Shown here in pieces: positions 50,978 through 64,000 of a DNA stretch of 64,000 nucleotides; position 1 is the stretch's first letter; every line of letters begins with the position of its first letter. Source of the stretch: Mytilus californianus (lineage: Eukaryota). Position numbers and translations under genes: made by a program. The stretch spans positions 36,208,001 through 36,272,000 of the forward strand of contig NW_026262615.1 in the NCBI RefSeq assembly GCF_021869535.1, read 5' to 3'. Below the pieces are notes generated by a model, which saw nothing but the letters and a program-made list of their open reading frames with translations, was not told where the DNA came from and ran no database searches.

Positions 50978-53900
50978 TATTCAAGCAAGAAAAACGTTTT
51001 TGAAAATAGTCTTCGTGACATATACTATTTATTTTATATCAAAACTGAACGATATAAAGACATTTTGGCAAATTTTGAAAACAAAATTTTATGTGTTAAC
51101 CCTATAGTTGGCAAATCAGTATAATACATGTACATTGTGTGTATGTTACTATTCCCAGATTGGTAGCATCCTAAGATTACTTGTACATAAAAGCAAACGC
51201 TGGAACATTTCTTAATTCTAAAATATTTATGAATTACATAATGTTTTACTTGAGCATATTTGAAACCAAAGTAGAACGTAGACGGTGGTTTATGAAAACA
51301 CTTTACGTTACACATGTTCGAAGGGCTAGAAATAACATGATATTTTATGTATGATTGTGTTTTGACATCTAATAAACTAAATGCATGTATTTTTTATATT
51401 TATTTATGCATGATTTTTTTCAATCTGGTTGTTAAGTTTATCTTTATTTTTGTAACGATCATTTATCACATGTAGATTGTCCAATGTGGAATTATGATGG
51501 AAGCAGTACATACCAAGCTGAAGGGTCAAATTCAGATATGTACTTGTTACCAGTGGCTTTGTTTAAGGATCCATTTAGATGTGGACTGAACAAACTGGTA
51601 CTGTGTGAGGTATTGAAATACAACAAGAAACCAGCAGGTAAGCAATCACGCATATGTACAGTAAAATGGACAAATGTGTCAAATAAGATGGGGCAAGTAC
51701 TAATTGGTGCAACGCCAACTGGAAACTGACAAAATATTCTTCGACAAAGTCACATAGACAGCGAATATATCATTCAAATGTGATATTGTTAATGAAACTT
51801 TTTAGTTTTCTATTGTTTTTGTGTTGCCTATCTGTAGTTGTCGTATAGGAACAAACAGATCGGTCGCGTTGGACTGCCAATTAAAATGTCGAAAATCGAA
51901 ACGGAGATAAACACTAAAAAAAAACAAATATCAACACAATCAACACAGTTAAACATACATGAGATCTTTTGGACATAGTTCGGGAATAAAAAAGATAACC
52001 ACGGAACCACGGAACCAGGAACACATGATTCACTAGTCGTATGTCATAACAGAGACGTTAATATATAATAACAAACAGTCAAGTTTGCTGTAGGAACAAG
52101 GCTTCTAAGGGAAATCTGTTTCGAGTCATCTAGAGATAGTTTTTAAAAGTAAGTATACAAATAAGAAGACGTGGTATGATTGCCAATGAGACATTTATCC
52201 AGAAACCAAATGACACAGAAATTAACAACTATAGGTCAACGTACGGCCTTCAACAATGAGCAAAACCCATACCGCATAGTCAGCTATAAAAGGCCCCGAA
52301 ATGACAAATGTAAAACAATTTAAACGAGAAAACTAACGGTCTAATTTAAGTACAAAATAATGAACGCAAAACAAGTATGATACACAGAAACAAACGACAA
52401 CCACAGAATTACAGGCTCCAGACTTGGGACAGGCACATACAGAATGTGGCGGGATTAAACATGTTAGCGGGCGCCCAACCCTCCCCTAACCTGGGACAGC
52501 AGTGTAACAGTGCAACAAAAGAACAAGGTCTGGCATTAATAGTTTACTTAATACATTAAGTACAAATAATTCGCAAAACATGTCACATGAAACTAAAAAC
52601 TCAACTCTCACTAATAAACGGTCCTGAACGTCCAACAAAACAAACCTAGCTGTCCCTAAACACATGTATCATCAAAGCTCCTACTTGACCAGTGTAGTAG
52701 CTCCCGTTGTTTATCTGAAGGCAATACTAAAATCTTGTAGATCTTAACGTCATGGTAATATGATTTTTGAGCGATGAGTCCGTATAATGAAACACATTAG
52801 GAATTTTATGTTTTTCTTTTATTAAGAAAGTAATAAAAGGCATACTTGTGCCAAAACTATGGTAAAAGCTAAAGACGCCCATCCATGGTTTGGAATAGAA
52901 CAAGAATATACATTGACAGATGTCGATGGACATCCATACGGATGGCCAAAAAGTGGATTCCCTGCTCCACAAGGTAAGGCTGTCTGAATTCAACCCCGAA
53001 TTCTATCGACAATAGTAGAGACATGCGTTGTTGTTCAGATACAATATATTTCACACTGTTGGCGGTTGTGCTAAATGCAAAAATATGTCTTCATGTGTTA
53101 ATCTGGAATCGTGTTTGTCATAGTGATTTTATGGTTATTTGTATGTAATATTGTTGAAAAATCCATCTGGCATATTGTAAAGATATTGAAACATTAGATT
53201 TAGTTCAGTTTCGAATATTACCCGTTTTGATTTCAAATACCATGAATCCGCAGCCCGCGGGGCAAATGGTAATACTAGTTCTTCTCTAGAAATCTCTTTT
53301 CTTTAAGAGAAAATGGAAATAATGAGCGGCACACTTATTCAAAGAGTTTAATAAAAACTGATATTTTATGTCATAATCTTAATGTAATAAATCAAAATTG
53401 AGAATGGCAGTGGGGAATGTATCAAAGAGACAACAGCCCGACCATAGAACAGACAACAGCAGAAGGTCACCAACAGGTCTTCAATGCAGCGAGAAATTCC
53501 CGCACCCGGAGGCGTCCTTCAGCTGGCCCCTAAACAAATATATATACTAGTTCAGTGATAATGAACGCCATACTAAACTCCAAATTGTACACAAGAAACT
53601 AAAATAAAAAATAATACAAGACTAACAAAGGCTAGAGGCTCCTGACTTGGGACAGGCGCAAAAATGCGGCGGGGTTAAACATGTTTATGAGATCTCAACC
53701 CTCCCCCTATACCTCTAGCTAATGTAGAAAAGTAAACGCATAACAATACGCACATTAAAATTCAGTTCAAGAGAAGTCCGAGTCTGATGTCAGAAGATGT
53801 AACCAAAGAAAATAAACAAAATGACAATAATACATAAATAACAACAGACTACTAGCAGTTAACTGACATGCCAGCTCCAGACTTCAATTAAACTGATTGA

Positions 53901-56900
53901 AAGATTATGTCTTCATCATATGAATATCAGGCACAATCCTTCCCGTTAGGGGTTTAGTATCATACCATCATAACATATATGAGAAGAACATAACCCGTGT
54001 CATGCCAACAACTGGTTTTTAAATAAATGTGTTTAGTGCCGATGCAAAGACCCTAAAAGTGAATCAATATTAATGCCAAAATATGCAATCTTTAATGACC
54101 TGACAACAGTATCGTAACTATATCCCTTCTTAATAAGTCTATTTAAAGGTTTTGTTAGCTTCAGAGGTGAATACTGACATTTTTGTGCTTTATAAAGAAT
54201 ATTTCCATAAAAAATTGGATGTGAAATACCTGAACGTATAAGAAGTCTGCATGTTGAGTTATATTTACGAATGATGTCCTTATACCGATATATGTTTTCA
54301 TTTTGAAAAAAAAATTACATAGTTTTTACATAGTTTTCTTTTATCGTCCAAGATGAAACTTTATAGCTTGTTTTCATTTGTGTAGGTCCATACTATTGTG
54401 GTGTTGGAACAAACAAGGTATACGGGCGTGACATTGTCGAGGCACATTACAGAGCATGCCTATATGCAGGCGTAAATATAGCTGGGGCTAATGCTGAGGT
54501 GATGCCTGCCCAATGGGAGTTCCAGGTCGGACCATCTGAAGGCATAGACATGGGAGATCATTTATGGGTAGCACGTTATCTGTTGCATCGTGTTGCCGAG
54601 GATTTTGGTGTAGTCGTCACGTTAGATCCAAAACCTGTCGAGGGAAACTGGAACGGAGCTGGAGCACACTGTAACTATAGTACATTGGGTATGAGGGAAC
54701 CAGGTGGAATCAAGTAAGATTTAATTAGGCATTAAAGCTTGTATGATTTATCCCAAGGGTGAATGGGGTATATAATTACGTCCCATGTGTATTTCTTCCT
54801 GTCACGAGTAAGGCACATTTGTTTAGCTGTGCGAGATGTACAAATACACAGCCACAGGTCAGAGTTAATCCAAAACTGTACGTTAAAGAACCATTGTTAC
54901 AACTCTTTAAGGGTCTGGAGGTGACTTGTTGTTAGGCTAAATTTCTACCTCTATCCAAATTACCCTTATGTCTAGTGGCAGTACAAATTTCATGCCCTTG
55001 ATTATGGTCGGTCTACCTTGTAGAACCTGTCTATCGTATTAATTGTTAATGGCTTATCGTCGTAAATATGCATGAAATAACTGCCTTTAAGGATCTTGTC
55101 AGGTCAGCTTTAGGAATTGTTGTCATATGTTCGGACTCCTTGGGTTTTTGCCTACGATACAGGGTAAAATATGTTGTCCCACTTTTCTTTTCATATACGA
55201 CTTCAATAGCTCATAAAAAGGTCATTACCAAAATTTTAGCAAATTCTTGATTTTTATGCCCCACCTAGGGGCATTATGTTTTTCGGTCGGTGCGTCCGTT
55301 AGTCCGTCCGTCTGTCCCGCTTCAGGTTAAAGTTTTTGGTCAAGGTAGTTTTTGATGAAGTTGAAGTCCAATCAACTTGAAACTCAGTAAACAGTCATGT
55401 TCCCTATGATATGATCTTTCTAATTTTAATGCCAAATGAAAAGTTTTGACCCCAATTTCACGGTCGACTGAACCTAGAAAATGATTGTGCGAGTGGGCAG
55501 GTTGAAGTTTTTGGTCAAGGTAGTTTTTGATGAAGTTGAAGTCCAATCAACTTGAACCTCAGTACACATGTTCCTTAGGATATGATCTCTTCAATTTTAA
55601 TGCCAAATTAGAGTTTTTACCCCAATTTCAGGGTCCACTGAAAATAGAAAATGATAGTGCGAGTAGGGCATCCGTGTACTATGGATAAATTCTTGTTTTC
55701 TAAGATTTGAGACCCAAATAATGCCAATGCTGGATATAAGATAAAGTCCGAGTCAGCCTTTTCCCGCCATTTTTTGAAAATTAAATATCTCAAAAAGGAG
55801 TTCCATAACCTATCAATATGTTTTGCTTATTTTGTTCCTTAACCGATGTTCTTCTGACTCATAGTTTCAATTTTAAATTCTATATTTTTTAAATTTCACC
55901 TTTTTAAATCTTTAAACAAGAATTAGTACTAGTAATAGTAATAGTCAGTACTCAATCAATTCTTTCTTATTCCTATTAAGTAAATTTTAAAGTTGCAACT
56001 CGCTTCTTGCATTTGTTCGAATTGTCTCTCCTTGAAGCGCGCGTCTGGCGCAAATATAAAATTTCAATCCTGGTATCTATGATGAGTTTATTTAGGAAGC
56101 TATCTTTTTATGTATATTTTCCTATTTATGATAGAAATTAGGTCGTCATGTAATTGTAAGGTATATGACACTAAAATATTCCTATACATACAAAACAAAG
56201 TAATAATAGATTTGTGATGAATATTGTTTTAATCCATTTACCTTAATCCAATTTACATAGGAATCCTATTAACAAACTCCGAAATATGTCCGGAACTGGT
56301 AAGGTTAGATTAAAACATCTCATAGATGCTTTCCAATTTATATAGTCATATATATTGGTTTGGTTAAACATTTTCGCGATAGAGTCTTTGAGTCGGGTTT
56401 AGTCTTTTATTTAGGAGAGGAGGACAAGATCGGGTATACAAAGCCGTGAATGTAGTAAGTATATTAGTCTGTGAACGTTAACCAAGACACACAAAGAAAT
56501 AGAGGTGAGAATCAATACAGCTATAATTCTGAGGAAGGATTAAGAAGCATTGTTCCTGAATAAGGAAAAGCGTTTATAAGATAATTTCATAAATGAGTAG
56601 CTGCTAAAGAAGCAATGGCGTCAAGCCTTGGATAAAGTTTAAAGCATTGACCCATTTTTAAGAGCATTGCCTTAAAAAGCAATTAAGAGCATTGACTGTA
56701 AAAAAAAGCAGTACACATATTACAAAATCAGAAAAATAAGGCATCTCCCTTTGTATCGATTGTTCACCACTACAACCCATGCTACTTTATTAGAGAAAAG
56801 AAGCTATAATCCCTTACTATGTCCGGTGAAATAACTCTGATACGAACTCAGAATATTACCTACCCCTTACCCCCGGTACGTGACAGATTTATAACAGAGC

Positions 56901-58306
56901 TTTCTTAGTTCCTCATTGATGAATTTAGAAATTAATAAAGAAAAACTACCTCAGACAAAGTTGATATCTATGAATATGGATTTAGCTATTATTTTCATGT
57001 TCTTTTTGGTCACACAGCTATTAACATGATTAACGTATTTCAATACTTATACATGTACATACTTGGCTTTCAAATATTTGGCTTTGAGCGATCCTAATGG
57101 AGGTAAATCTAGAAAAGCTCTTTGGACACCTATTATTTATTAAAAGTTATTTCCATTATTATGTATATGCATCCAAAATTTATTGAACAAATATAGGTCG
57201 CAACACTTTTTCCAATGTAAAAAAATCACAGCTTTATAGGCATGCTATTTGCGAAATTATTTTTTTATGGACCAAATCATATATCTTTAGAAATTGATTA
57301 CTTTTAGAGTCCATTATGAATATCAATCGGTTTTCAGGAAATTAAAAGGGAAAAGGCACTGTCTCCTATTAAAGAATTATAATTTAAAAGAAGACTTAAT
57401 GGGAATTGCTGTTTTAATAAACTGATGCAACGTATACAAAACCTAGCATGAATTTCAAAACCCTATTGATTTGTTATCATTGATTTGTTATCATCGAATT
57501 GTTATCATTGATTTGTTATCATTGATTAGTTATCATCGAATTGTTATCATTGGTTTGTTATCATTGATTTGTTATCATCATATTGTTATCATTGATTTGT
57601 TATCATTGATTTGTTATCATCGAATTGTTATCATTGATTTGTTATCATCATATTGTTATTGATTTGTTATCATCGAATTGTTATCATTGATTTGTTATCA
57701 TTGATTGTTATCATTGTTTTGTTATCATTGATTTGTTATCATTGAATTGTTATCATTGATTTGTTATCATTGATTTGTTATCATCGAATTGTTATAATCG
57801 AATTGTTATCATTGATTTGTTATCATCGAATTGTTATCATTGATTTGTTATCATTGATTTGTTATCATCAAATGTTATCATTGATTGTTATCATTGATTT
57901 GTTATCATTGATTTGTTATCATCAAATGTTATCATTGATTTGTTATCATTGATTTGTTATCATTGATTTGTTATCATTAAATGTTTACACGTCTGATAGC
58001 TATTGTTTAAATTTCAGAGAAATCGAAGATGCTGTCGAGCGTCTAGAGAAAGCGCATGAGCGTCATATCAAGGTTTATGACCCTAAGGAGGGGAAAGATA
58101 ACGAGCGTCGATTAACAGGCAAGCACGAAACATCCAGCATTTATGAGTTTTCTGCTGGTGTAGCGAATCGTGGTGCAAGTATTAGAATTCCACGTCAGGT
58201 AGCGGAAGACAAATGTGGTTATCTGGAGGACAGACGACCATCTTCAAATTGCGATCCCTATGCTGTTACAGAAATCATTGTAGAAACTACTCTTTTGTCA
58301 AAGTAA
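50469..58306 (+). CDS. GLUL: Glutamine synthetase type II; join(50469-50625,51476-51637,52827-52973,54386-54713,58018-58306), 360 aa
   Basis: 157+162+147+328+289 = 1083 nt, GT-AG, phases 1,1,1,2. Signature motifs [76 protein letters not shown] and [11 protein letters not shown] are all intact. Confidence 0.97.
53394..54290 (+). mobile_element. Longer copy of the interspersed element at 26684-27105, in glutamine synthetase intron 3
   Basis: The first ~420 bp match the reverse complement of 26684-27105. The right boundary is approximate and based on recall of the family. Confidence 0.75.
55252..55697 (+). mobile_element. HINE (Helentron-associated interspersed element) in glutamine synthetase intron 4
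   Basis: T-rich flanks, subterminal inverted repeat atgccccac (55256) / gtagggcat (55663), a (gtcc)n microsatellite, and two 175-bp cores at 55325 and 55500. Confidence 0.75.
57465..57977. repeat. 14-bp minisatellite (~37 units, atcattgatttgtt and variants) ending 40 bp before the last glutamine synthetase acceptor
   Basis: Direct reading; variants include atcatcgaattgtt, atcatcatattgtt and atcatcaaatgtt. Confidence 0.97.
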
Positions 58307-58745
58307 TTTGATCCACTCAATCACAAAGTCAACATACTAACTGTTCAAACACTGACCAAAATTTTAAGTATGGCCATATTTAGTATTATAGCCGACATTT
58401 ATGTAACTATATACATATATACATATTGGTGAATGGTACTCAGTATAATTTTGTTTCCGTGTTATTGCATCGGTTTATTTGTAACGCTTTTGAATGATAA
58501 TATGTGTTCTGGACAGATGAATATTAAAAATTATTACATTGGTTGCAATGAATTACATTGATTTCCCAGTGAAATAAAAACCGATAATTTCACATGTGAA
58601 ATAGAAATAAACGTGGTTATTTCACTCCTCTGACGTCATACAACAATAGGCGTTGTCAAGACGTCGATAACGTCGGATCAAAACAAATTGTGAATGCGTA
58701 GAAAAAAATATAGTTCCTAACATTTTCTACTTTAATTTTATAAAA

Positions 58746-58871
58746 AATTCAAATCTCGAAAAATATTCAACTCGTGACCGAACAACATTGATAATTAACT
58801 CAAGCGCTACGCGCATTCGTGAGTTAATGTGTTGTTCGGTCAGTCGTTGAATATTTTTCTGTATTTGAATT
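58746..58871. repeat. Long imperfect hairpin element downstream of the glutamine synthetase stop
   Basis: aattcaaatctcgaaaaatattcaac..tgaccgaacaaca...attaactc pairs with gagttaat.tgttgttcggtca..gttgaatatttttc...atttgaatt around a 19-nt loop. Confidence 0.7.
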
Positions 58872-59237
58872 CTTCGATTAGTTATTCTATAAATCTACCG
58901 TAGCTTATATGATCAACAGGCATACATACTATAAACCATAGAGATATACTCTATATTGACATTCTGAAAAAATCGAGGAAGAAACTTTATGATAATATAA
59001 GATATAAAAGAGGGACGAAAGATACAAGAGGGACAGTCAAACTCATAGATCAAAAATAAACTGACAACGCCATGGCCAAAAATAAAAAGACAAACAGACA
59101 AATAATAGTACAGATGACACAACATAGAAAACTAAAGACTAAGCAACACCAACCCCACCAAAACAGGGGGTGATCTCAGGTGCTCCGGAAGGGTAAGCAG
59201 ATCCTGCTCCAATAGTTGTAGTGTTGACACAACACAA

Positions 59238-59357
59238 CACAAGTCCTGATACAGTTCGTTATAATATCACAAGTCCTGACACAGTTCGTTATAATATCAC
59301 AAGTCCTGACACAGTTCGTTATAATATCACAAGTCCTGACACAGTTCGTTATAATAT
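59238..59357. repeat. 30-bp tandem repeat, 4 units
   Basis: cacaagtcctgacacagttcgttataatat at 59238, 59268, 59298 and 59328. Confidence 0.97.
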
Positions 59358-60085
59358 TCATTTTATTTTCACTTTTGATATGTGTCTCACCCATTTAATG
59401 AACTTCGTGTGTATACATTAAATCATCATCGTACCTTGTGGGTTTTCGGGAACATTCATTTATTGGACTAATGTTGAAATTATGTCATTTTTTATGCATT
59501 ACCGCTCTATGTCAAACAATTAAAATATCATCAATCGTTAATTATACTCTTCTTTTAACATGATTTGTTCATATACTGTGATTTGTCTAATATGTTATGA
59601 TTTTTTTTCTTTTTGAATTTGTTAGTGAATAGTGTTTTTAAGTATGCAGACAGTTTTTGCAGTTGTCCTTCCAGTTTTGAAAAACAAAAAATTTAAAACC
59701 AGAAAAAAACAAAGAAACAAAATATTAAAATTTTAAGCAATTTTCAGATATAAGATTATGCTTCTACTAAAAGAAAAACAATTGTCTTTACGCCAAGTAG
59801 GAGGAACAGTAGCTGTGATTCTTGTTATTAACTTGTAATAACCAAATTAACATGATAAATGAAGTTTAGTTGATTCAGATTGCTTCGGGGTTGGTACTTT
59901 TCTTATACAAATGCATACTTGGAAAATGTAGAGAAAGTGTATTTTTTACTCGTAATAGCAGTATATAGTGTTGGTTTTTTATCTGCTTATTATAATTACA
60001 AAAGAATGGATTTTTTATATTATGATGTTTTATGATATTTTTATCGTGTGTTTTACAGTCTCTCATAACTCTTTTTTAAAGTGGT

Positions 60086-60505
60086 TCTTTTATAAATTGA
60101 TCTGTTATTATCTATTTTATATTGTGTTATATATCAAATGTTTTAAAGAAGTGAGACTCTAATAAAGTATTTGTTTATTTATTTGTTTGTTTGTTTGTTT
60201 GTTTGTTTGTTTGGTTGTTTGTAAATAGGGTCTTTTACTCTTCTGGTGGCAATGAGTAATAGGTCACTTCTCTTTTAAATCCCAAATGTTTCCCTAAATA
60301 TTGGCATGCACCATCTCTTTTATAAATTGATCTGTTATATTGTGTTTTATATCAAATGCTTTAAATAAGTGAGATTCTAATTAAGTATTTGTTAATTTGT
60401 TTGTTTGTTTGTATGTAAATAGGATCTTTTACTGCTCTGGTGGCAATAAGTAATAGGTCACTTCTCTTTTGAATCCCAAATGTTTACCTAACTATTGACA
60501 TGCCC
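60086..60505. repeat. ~230-bp tandem duplication containing a (tttg)n microsatellite
   Basis: tcttttataaattgatctgtta at 60086 and 60316; the copies differ mainly in microsatellite length. Confidence 0.85.
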
Positions 60506-62327
60506 CCCTAATAAAAATGTGGTATGATTGCCGATTAGACAACTATCCGCCAGAGCTCAAAATGACGGGGATATACGCAATTATAGGTCACCGTATAAGT
60601 CTTCAACAATGGAAAAAAGTACTATCGTATACTTAGCTATAGAAGGATAACCCTTTACTCTTTCAATATCAATCAAATCAGCTATCAATGCTAGAAGTAT
60701 GTTATTAAATTGAAAAAAAAAATCTCTTACTAAAACACAGACATGTAAGAGTTCATGTAAGAAGACAGCTGTAATTGCATTATAGTCCCTTAAATTTGGC
60801 CATGTATTACTGAATCATTTGGTCTTTAACCAAGGACCTAATGAACTTAAGTCACAACTCTGCCAATTGGGGTTAAGAAAAACGCATAAAGCCACGGTTT
60901 ATAAATAAATGATGTAACTTTTGCGACACAAAGCTGAACTAAAAACAGTCCTAGTACATACATGTATGAGAGGATACAATGAATAGGAGTAGTTCTTTAG
61001 CCGTATATTGGAATACCGTCGTGGCTGGTATTATGGGTGAATGCATTTACCAAAGATTGAAAACGTATGTTAACATTCAGCAATCTATTACACAAACCTA
61101 AGAATGTCTTTTTTGGGATTTGTGCACATCTATGCATAATAAAAACGCTAACTGTAATATAATACCTTGCATCTTCCTCTATTCATATTTTATGTTTTAT
61201 GTGTCAAAAAGTTGTTACCTATTTACTAAACATTGAAAATATTATCGCATTTGATAGCTGATGTTTTACATTTAAAAAAAATCTATTTCACGGCACCCCC
61301 TTTTTCTAAAAGAAAAATCAAAACACGAAACAATGCAAAAAACAAAAGTAAAACAAAAACACAAAAAAGTGTTTTCTATACATAATACGAAACAAAATAA
61401 ACTACTTCTTTCAGAGGTTAGCATATGATGTAAAGGGCTTGAAACCCTTATATAGTACACAATTTACAAAATTTCCTCAGAGAAGGTATTGGCAAAAATC
61501 TGGATCGTATATATACGTATTATATACGTTTGTAGGGTTTTTGGCATTTTTCGTATTTTTTGAAGTTGTGATCTGCACAGATTAAAATTAAAAAGTGCCA
61601 AAAAAATTTAAACAACAACTCAGTGATAAAACGAGTCTTTATCATGGTTTCTTCCTGATAACAAACACAAATTTTGCAAAACTTTGAAAATATCCGGATT
61701 ATTATACCTTTTTCATGAATCAAATTTTACATATAAGTTTTTATAGTAAAATATTTAATCTAACCGCAGTCTAGTTATTACAGTCTATTTTGTTGGGAAC
61801 ATAGCCCTCGTCGGGACTGAGTGAAACCCGAACGTACATTGAGGCGACGGGATTAAATCTTAGATGAAACTATTCCCTTTTCTCTAGCTCCTAGTAATGT
61901 TGTAAGATATAAGGGGGATGGCTCAGATGTAAACAATAAACTTGAGTTTAACCCCGATACATTTTATTTTCGTAAACGTGTCTGTGTCCCACGTCAGTGA
62001 GGAACGTTGTCGTTATTGGTCGTATGTCATATCGTCATGTTACCCCCCCCCCCCCCCCCTCCCCTTATTTAGAGAATTGAGTGTTAATAGCAGATCTTTA
62101 ATTATTTCTGTTGAATTTATTTATATGTGTCATGGAATCGAGACATATTGTGTAAGTGTGGTCACCTATCTATTTGTCGAAGACTGTATGTATACATCAA
62201 GATTTTTTTTATTCGTTTCTGTCGTCGGGCTGTTGTTCCATTGACGTATAATTCCCCTCTGATTCTCCTTCTATTTCATACTTAATTTTTCGTGTACAAT
62301 GCTGGCTGAAAAAATATATAATTTTAT

Positions 62328-62575
62328 TAATTGATTGACTGGTGTTTAACGCCACTTCAACACTTTTGTGCTATTTCGTGCATGGCGGTCAGTTTTTATT
62401 GACGGAGGAAGCCGGAGTGCCCGGAGAGAATCGGTAGGAAAACTGAAAATCCTAGTCGATACAGATTAGAGTCGAGTACACCAGCCCCGTGCGGGATTCG
62501 AACTCACAACCTCAGTGTTGACAGGCTTGTGATACAGTAGTTCGACTACTTAGACCACTAGGCCACCAAGGCCCC
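62328..62575 (-). mobile_element. Second V-domain SINE copy with TSD
   Basis: Homologous to 44857-45123; flanked by gaaaaaatatataa (62308-62321) and gaaaaaaatatataa (62576-62590). Confidence 0.8.
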
Positions 62576-64000
62576 GAAAAAAATATATAAATCTGACAGC
62601 ACTTATAATACATATTGTTAAGACACATGTCTTTTGTTTAAGATTACACTTCTCCCTCTAGATGTCTCTCGGTTATTTCTGTAGTTGGGTTACTGTCTCA
62701 TTGACGTATTCTAGTACTTCACATCTCCTTTTATTCGCGCATCACCTAATTTTCCGTGTGCACAGATGGCTGAAAAAAATAAATTATCATATAAATCTGA
62801 TAGAACTGCCAGTTTTGCTTTGTATCACATATAGCGGATTGATTTGAATGTTTTCTAATTAAAGTCTTGTAGCAAATATTTCATGCATATTCAAGAGTAC
62901 TACAGTAATCCCAAGACCTTTGAGAATTTGATACCAAAATTACCCATGTTTTTGTACTTTGTGACAAAGTTACTGCGGCAGTTATTAGTCGTTCTATACC
63001 TTCTATATCTTCTGGTAGTCAAGTCAAGCGCGAAATAAAAGAATTTACACACAAACCATTTTGGGAAATTAGCACAGACGTCCTTGCACGCTCTATGTAA
63101 GTCTTACTAATTTTCTGGAGACAAATTCAAATGAGCGAAAAGTATTTATAATTTCGTGGCTCTAAAAAGAGCCGTTTTCAATATACAATTGTCTTTGTTC
63201 TGTAATATTCTGTCAGGGTTCAATCACTTTAACTGCTTCTTCGACAGTGTTATCTGTTGATTCTTTCTCTTACACTGCAGTGTAGACCAATTTCTCAGAT
63301 CCTCTACCAGTTTTTCCATTAGACCACCGATTAAATTGACTTCCTCACTGCATGGTCAACTTAGTGGATTTTTCTCCATATTCCAGTTACATCTGGTAAC
63401 ATCGTGATGTCAACTTCGTCTTACGACTGTTTTCTCCCTCACGGAATTGTTATGCAGTGTTACTCTGACTTCGACTGAAAGCAGACTTTAGCAGTTTTAA
63501 TCGTTTACGATGAAATTATAATTAAAGTCTCTTTTTCTTGGAAATAGTGTAAGCTAAGTCACATAAAATGGGGAGGCATGTCTATTCGGATTTTCTTTTC
63601 CCTTTCCTGTTTGTTGAAATAAATGTGTAGTTTACCATTATCATAAATTAGAGATTTTTTATTGCAAAACAATATTACTAGATTGTAGTGAAGTTATTTG
63701 TTTGACAGTTTGTTTGTGTGATGTTTCTACATGTAGGTATTTACTTATCTTGAAGACTTTGGGTCTCCTTTTTTATTTACAATGTGATAGATTGTTTAAT
63801 CATCAACGGTCCTCATTGTGTGTTTTTGTTTCACTGTTTTTGTGAGAATACGTCTTTTCTCGTGTTTGATTAGATTGTTTTTTGCTTTAATATATGACCT
63901 CGTGAAATAATCGTAAAATAATCTTTAGTTTTATCGTAATACTACTTGATACTTTTCATAGTTTTATTGCATTTTAGTTTGTTTATTTAACTGATGGGTT

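Noticed and set aside
57471-57952. Repetitive [13 protein letters not shown] ORFs
   Set aside because: Translation of the 14-bp intronic minisatellite.
61795-61877. Hammerhead-ribozyme-like layout (gggaacatag...ctgagtga...gaaactattccc)
   Set aside because: Stem III can pair, but the core has an extra base (CTGAGTGA), the NUH uridine is C and stem I does not close on CUGA. At best a dead relic; an Infernal search with hammerhead models would settle it.
63150-63480. GC-richer, coding-looking stretch on the minus strand (DNTVEEAVKVIEP...)
   Set aside because: Stops in all frames and no recognisable homology; possibly decayed coding sequence, but not supportable without a search.

Overview
AT-rich, intron-containing, repeat-dense eukaryotic DNA. 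The repeat types and genes point to a bivalve mollusc, probably a mytilid mussel (inference, not a database result). Four intact protein-coding genes can be assembled by hand with GT-AG boundaries and consistent phases. (1) NAT16/HISAT-like GNAT acetyltransferase A (+, 9689-14866, 321 aa). (2) A five-exon secreted Cys-rich protein with a duplicated Lys/Arg/Tyr/Gly-rich cationic tail (-, 29203-22616, 286 aa), almost invisible in the ORF track. (3) NAT16/HISAT-like paralog B (+, 37645-40894, 326 aa). (4) Type II glutamine synthetase (+, 50469-58306, 360 aa), preceded by a decayed but still splice-site-bearing duplicate of its first coding exon. The rest is mobile and repetitive DNA: a decayed Gypsy-type integrase ending in a PHD-like motif cut off by a ~367-bp satellite with higher-order structure, an internally deleted PIF/Harbinger element, a young MITE with perfect 48-bp TIRs and a 9-bp TSD, a palindromic foldback element, V-domain SINEs, HINE-like elements, retroelement 3' fragments and several VNTRs. 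One VNTR multiplies a splice donor of the secreted-protein gene. No CRISPR array, rRNA gene or true tRNA gene is supported. All alignments and counts were done by eye.
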